A DNA stretch of 64,000 nt from Promethearchaeia archaeon. Lineage in GTDB: Archaea > Asgardarchaeota > Lokiarchaeia > Sigyniarchaeales > SOKP01. Position numbers and translations under genes: made by a program. The stretch lies in NCBI GenBank assembly GCA_029856045.1, contig JAHQWG010000043.1, positions 1 through 64,000 on the forward strand, read 5' to 3'. The notes below the pieces were generated by a model, which was not told where the DNA came from, did not search any database, and saw only the letters and a list, made by a program, of their open reading frames with translations. Below, piece after piece: positions 59,913-64,000 of the stretch. Each line of letters opens with the position of its first letter. The first letter of the stretch is position 1.

Positions 59913-61406
59913 GTGAGTGAAGAAATAAATAAAGTAAAATCTGAATCTAAATATGAACATTCTTTTGAATATATAAGAAAAAAATTAGAAGGAAAAAAAG
60001 ATTCATTTGGAAAATTAGTAAAGGAAGTTATAAGAACAGGTGTTTGTACTCATTGTGGCACTTGTGCAGCGATTTGCAGTGCTCTTGAATGGGATCCAAT
60101 TTTAGAGGAACCAAAATTAATTGGAGTATGTTCTGGGTGTGGAATTTGTTATAATCAATGTCCAAGGACTATTACTAATCCCGAACAACTTGTTGGTCAT
60201 TTTAAAACAGGTTATGTTACAAAAAGTGGAATTCCTGAAGTTATTGGTGGTCAGGACGGAGGAACCGTTACGAGCTTATTATGTTATTTATTTGATGAAA
60301 ATTTAATTGATGGAGCAGTTGTTACTAAAAAAAATCCAAATAAACCATGGGTTCCGTTACCTCAACTTATTAATACAAAAGAAGAAGCTGTTGAAGCTGC
60401 TGGTTCTATTTATAGCCATTCACAAACAGTTGATTCTTTAATTGACGGGATTAGAAATAACATGGGCTCTATCGCATTTGTAGGAACTCCTTGCAACATA
60501 GATGCTGTGTTTAAAATGGAAAGTAGTCCACTTGGAATGTTAAAATATTTTATGAGAGCACATGTTTTTAAAATTGGATTATTTTGTATGGATTCATTTT
60601 CACATGAAGCATTATTACCATTTTTTGAGAAGGAGGGAATTAAATTAGCGGAAATAACAAAAATGGATATCAATAAAGGAAAATTTTATCTTTACAGAGG
60701 AGATACAGAAGTAAAATCCTATAAAATAAGGGAATTAGATAAATTTAAATCATCAAGTTGCAATTTTTGCACAGATTTAACTTCAGAAAATGCTGATATC
60801 TCGGTGGGTTCTGTTGGAAGTGGCCCGAAGAAAAACACAGTTTTAGCACGATCAGGTATAGGAGTAGAAATTATAGAGGATGCTATAAAAAAGGGATATT
60901 TATGTTCTGAACCATTTTCAGTGGAAAATTTAAATTCTGTCTTGTTCTTAGCAAGATTAAAGAAAGTATCTCAATATACAGTTCTTAAAAGGAAGGTTTT
61001 TATAGTTAAAGATATAGATAAAAAAGAACCATTTAAACAATCACCAGAATTGAAAGAGCAAGCTGAGATCGCAACGCCGTTTGGAACAAGAAAAATTTTA
61101 AAGGTTACTCAAAAACTGAATGAAAGTCAAACGGCTACTGCAATTACAATAGAAAATGTTATTGGATATCTTCTTGAAAATTTACAAATTAGGGTTGCTT
61201 TTGTGGAAGAACTATTTGAAAAACGACCGTGGACTACAACAATAAAAGAAATTTTTCCTTTTGAATCTATTCAGATTAATTATCCATTAGAAATTAAAGA
61301 TGGAGAACACGATCTTGGAGAAATAATTATAGATATTTCTGATTCACATAGAAAACTCTTTTTTAAGAAATATTCTCTTAAACCAAAAGAAAAAAAATCA
61401 AAATAA
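59913..61406 (+). CDS. FrhB-family protein with N-terminal ferredoxin and C-terminal Ig-like domain
   Basis: CTHCGTCAAIC, CSGCGICYNQCP, GQDGGTVT, VGTPC, IGLFCM, CNFCTD, ADISVG, plus a ~100-aa extra C-terminal domain. Confidence 0.88.
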   Translation: MSEEINKVKSESKYEHSFEYIRKKLEGKKDSFGKLVKEVIRTGVCTHCGTCAAICSALEWDPILEEPKLIGVCSGCGICYNQCPRTITNPEQLVGHFKTGYVTKSGIPEVIGGQDGGTVTSLLCYLFDENLIDGAVVTKKNPNKPWVPLPQLINTKEEAVEAAGSIYSHSQTVDSLIDGIRNNMGSIAFVGTPCNIDAVFKMESSPLGMLKYFMRAHVFKIGLFCMDSFSHEALLPFFEKEGIKLAEITKMDINKGKFYLYRGDTEVKSYKIRELDKFKSSSCNFCTDLTSENADISVGSVGSGPKKNTVLARSGIGVEIIEDAIKKGYLCSEPFSVENLNSVLFLARLKKVSQYTVLKRKVFIVKDIDKKEPFKQSPELKEQAEIATPFGTRKILKVTQKLNESQTATAITIENVIGYLLENLQIRVAFVEELFEKRPWTTTIKEIFPFESIQINYPLEIKDGEHDLGEIIIDISDSHRKLFFKKYSLKPKEKKSK

Positions 61407-61484
61407 TAGATAAAAAAATTTTTCAACAAAATTTTTATTAAATCAAATTAAAAATTTAAATAAGAATAAACGAGATATAAAAAA

Positions 61485-62396
61485 ATGAAAATTAGTTTAA
61501 TAGGATTATCTGGTTGTGGAAAAACCTCTTTATATTCGGTAATATTCGCGGAAAAAACACCTGAAGAAACAAAGGGATTATCTCCAACGATACTCTATGA
61601 AACAAGAAGGCATCCCTTTTTAGGATTAGAAATATCAATTTTTGATTTTGGAGGTCAAGACCAATACATCAAAGAATATCTTGATAAGCCGAAAATATTC
61701 ATGGGCACGGATGTTCTCGTGCCTGTCGTAGATTTACACGATCCAAATTCTTTTGATAAATCAAAAAAGTATTTTGAAGATGTTTTAAAGTTATATAAAG
61801 ATAATTATCAGAAACCAAAAGTATGTCTATTTTATCATAAATATGATACTGAAGATTATCAAAAGGAACTTTTAGATACAAATATAATTAAAGCTAAAGA
61901 GTTTTTTTCGGACATGTTCAAAGATTATAACCCACAAACTTTCCTAACGAGTATCTATGATCAGCAAAATTTAACAAAGATTTTCAGAGATATATTAATG
62001 GGATCTTATTCAGAATTAAAGGGTCATATAGAAAAAGCGGAAAAGCACTTACAGGAGATAAATGCACGAATTATTATTTCCGATATATCAGGAAATGTTT
62101 TGGTTCATAATGTTCAAGGAGTTTCAAGCGGACTATCATTAAGGGCAGACTTAAGAGACTTTATCAGTTCTTGTAATGTAATTAGAGAGAATGTCTTTTT
62201 ATCTGATTCTGCAGAGTTTAAAGGAAATTCAGAAGAAGGTAAAGAGCTTCAACTATATATCTTTAAATACATATTGGCTGTTTTAATAATGAAATCGGAA
62301 AAGAAATTGGATCCTGAATCGAGTGAAAAGATAAGAGTTCTCCTCGAAGATATGAAATTATTTTCTGATATAATTGTTTCTATCCATTCTGAATAA
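61485..62396 (+). CDS. Rag/Gtr-like small GTPase with C-terminal roadblock-like domain
   Basis: GLSGCGKTSLYSVIF, LSPT (G2), FDFGGQ, Rag-type HKYD (G4), TSIYD (G5), and C-terminal IIISDISGNVLV. Confidence 0.85.
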   Translation: MKISLIGLSGCGKTSLYSVIFAEKTPEETKGLSPTILYETRRHPFLGLEISIFDFGGQDQYIKEYLDKPKIFMGTDVLVPVVDLHDPNSFDKSKKYFEDVLKLYKDNYQKPKVCLFYHKYDTEDYQKELLDTNIIKAKEFFSDMFKDYNPQTFLTSIYDQQNLTKIFRDILMGSYSELKGHIEKAEKHLQEINARIIISDISGNVLVHNVQGVSSGLSLRADLRDFISSCNVIRENVFLSDSAEFKGNSEEGKELQLYIFKYILAVLIMKSEKKLDPESSEKIRVLLEDMKLFSDIIVSIHSE

Positions 62397-62423
62397 TTTT
62401 TTTAGAGCGATCAAACGATAAAA

Positions 62424-63620
62424 ATGAAATTAAGTCTTGTTAATGATGATAATATCATTTTGGGAGATTATCTTAGTGTAATTACTAAAATTTTTTTTGA
62501 AGAGACAACTGATATCTTGTGGGGAGGTATAAAATTAATTTCTAAAAACCCATGTAAAAGAGACTTAATTATAACCAAATCTGAATTATTCAATCAAGGT
62601 ACTTTTGAGCCTGGTGAATATATCAGAAATAGATCACAACTTATTAATCCCAAAGTAGTTCCAACAATTCCAGCAAGAAATATTCACTACTTAGTTAAAA
62701 TGACTTTAAGAATTAAAAGTCCTCTTAATTCTCAAAAAGAAATAGAAATTTTTAAAGAAAATCCCATTAAAATTCTTCCAAAAGGGAATATGTTTCAAAA
62801 TAGAACTCCCACCCCAATTAAATTAATTATGTCAGGGATGAATATTGAAATTTCTAAAGATATTTTTAAACCAGGCGAAACTATTAAGATTGATTATAAA
62901 ACAGATAATTTAACATTATTTCAAATAAGATTAAAACAGAAGACTAATTTAATCTGTATTTGTGAACCTTTTGGTGAACAATGTGGAAGTATTGAGGAAT
63001 TACCTCCAGTGATTGCGGGTGTAGCAAAAACATCCAAAACAGATCAAGGTTTTCTATTGATAAAACTTCCAAATCACGCTGAACCAAGTCATGAATATCT
63101 TTGGGAACCTCAAGAAAAAGATCAGTGGGGAATTAAATTTGGGGATTATTCTAAATGGTTTCTGGAGATAATAGGAAATAGGAAGAGAGAAGTTGGGGGA
63201 GATACAATCTCTTTTGAAATCCCAATTATTGTAATCCCTCAAAAGGAGCAAGAAATAGTCGATAATAGTTTATTTAGAGAAAGAGAAGAGGGTTTAGAAT
63301 TATTTGAACCCCCTCCTGCAATAAAAAAAGGTATGAATATAATTTCTATTGATATTAATAAAGATACTTCTTCAAGTACATTTATTTATAAATTACGAAT
63401 TAAAAATAATCTTAAAGATACTCTTAACGGTGTTACCATAGAAAATTCAGGTATTCAACAAGGTCTATTTGAGACTTATAAACATATGATGGGATTTAAT
63501 ACATGGTTACCAGGAGAAGAAAAATCAATTGAATATAAAACAAGACAAGAAATTGATACCTTAATTTCTACAATCGAAACAAATTCTCAAAAGCAAATTA
63601 GAATTCAAACAATATTATGA
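62424..63620 (+). CDS. arrestin/Vps26-fold protein with C-terminal Ig-like domain
   Basis: FEPGEY..VVPT..NIHYLVKMTL (N lobe) and ISKDIFKPGETIKI..LPNHAEPS..FEIPIIV (C lobe). Confidence 0.6.
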   Translation: MKLSLVNDDNIILGDYLSVITKIFFEETTDILWGGIKLISKNPCKRDLIITKSELFNQGTFEPGEYIRNRSQLINPKVVPTIPARNIHYLVKMTLRIKSPLNSQKEIEIFKENPIKILPKGNMFQNRTPTPIKLIMSGMNIEISKDIFKPGETIKIDYKTDNLTLFQIRLKQKTNLICICEPFGEQCGSIEELPPVIAGVAKTSKTDQGFLLIKLPNHAEPSHEYLWEPQEKDQWGIKFGDYSKWFLEIIGNRKREVGGDTISFEIPIIVIPQKEQEIVDNSLFREREEGLELFEPPPAIKKGMNIISIDINKDTSSSTFIYKLRIKNNLKDTLNGVTIENSGIQQGLFETYKHMMGFNTWLPGEEKSIEYKTRQEIDTLISTIETNSQKQIRIQTIL

Positions 63621-63879
63621 GCGCAATTTAATTTGTTTTATAATTTTTCAAAATATTTTTTTTATCTCCTTTAATCTTTTAAAAGAAGTATTAGAATTTG
63701 AATACAGATTTCCCTTATTTTATTATTAAATCTCAATTTTTTTTGATTTAAAATCTAGTGAAATTTAATTACAAGAAAGAAACCAGTGAAATATTTATGT
63801 TAAAAAGATAGCATATATTATATTTAAAAAGAGAAATAATTCAAATTGTTTAAGAAAAAAAATAGAGTAATTATTAAAA

Positions 63880-64000
63880 ATGAGAAGTATATTCCCAAAT
63901 TTAACGGAACAAGAAATAATGTGGAAAAATGAAGTTGATGAAACGTTAAAAAATGAGCTCGCTCCTTTTATTGATGACATTGAAAATGGGAAAAAGGAAA
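63880..64000 (+). CDS. probable acyl-CoA dehydrogenase N-terminus (3' partial)
   Basis: MRSIFPNLTEQEIMWKNEVDETLKNELAPFIDDIE resembles ACAD N-terminal helices. Runs off the window. Confidence 0.5.
   Translation, partial: MRSIFPNLTEQEIMWKNEVDETLKNELAPFIDDIENGKKE

Noticed and set aside
1-64000. Genome-wide UGA reassignment (Trp/Gly code)
   Set aside because: TGA ends ordinary genes (e.g. at 2223, 24018, 47344, 63620), Trp is encoded by TGG, and in-frame TGAs occur only at Cys-equivalent sites of two genes.

Overview
Very AT-rich, gene-dense archaeal chromosome segment that is almost certainly from an Asgard archaeon (Lokiarchaeia-like). The assignment is an inference from gene content: roadblock/longin proteins, Rag- and Arf-like small GTPases, arrestin-fold, Sec23/24-like and Ssl1/p44-like proteins, and a eukaryote-type SECIS. 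Housekeeping and metabolic genes include thyX, purD, metG, GH57 branching enzyme, tryptophanase, pdaD, thiolase with an HMGS-DUF35 fusion, MoxR/vWA and transporters. The main feature is a ~10 kb minus-strand hdrA-mvhD-frhB-frhB-hdrD-hdrA-mvhD operon. Its first two genes look broken in the ORF track but are intact selenoproteins: HdrA with 4 in-frame UGA and MvhD/VhuD with 2. All six UGA sit at Cys positions of Cys paralogues in the same operon, and one eukaryote-type SECIS (56620-56698) appears to serve them. Three otherwise unrelated proteins flanking this operon (uDENN/longin-like, FrhB-like and arrestin-like) share the same C-terminal Ig-like domain, and two of them bracket a Rag-type GTPase. 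This suggests an undescribed redox-coupled GTPase signalling module. No rRNA, tRNA, CRISPR array or intact mobile element was seen. All family calls come from motif recognition by eye; no searches were run.
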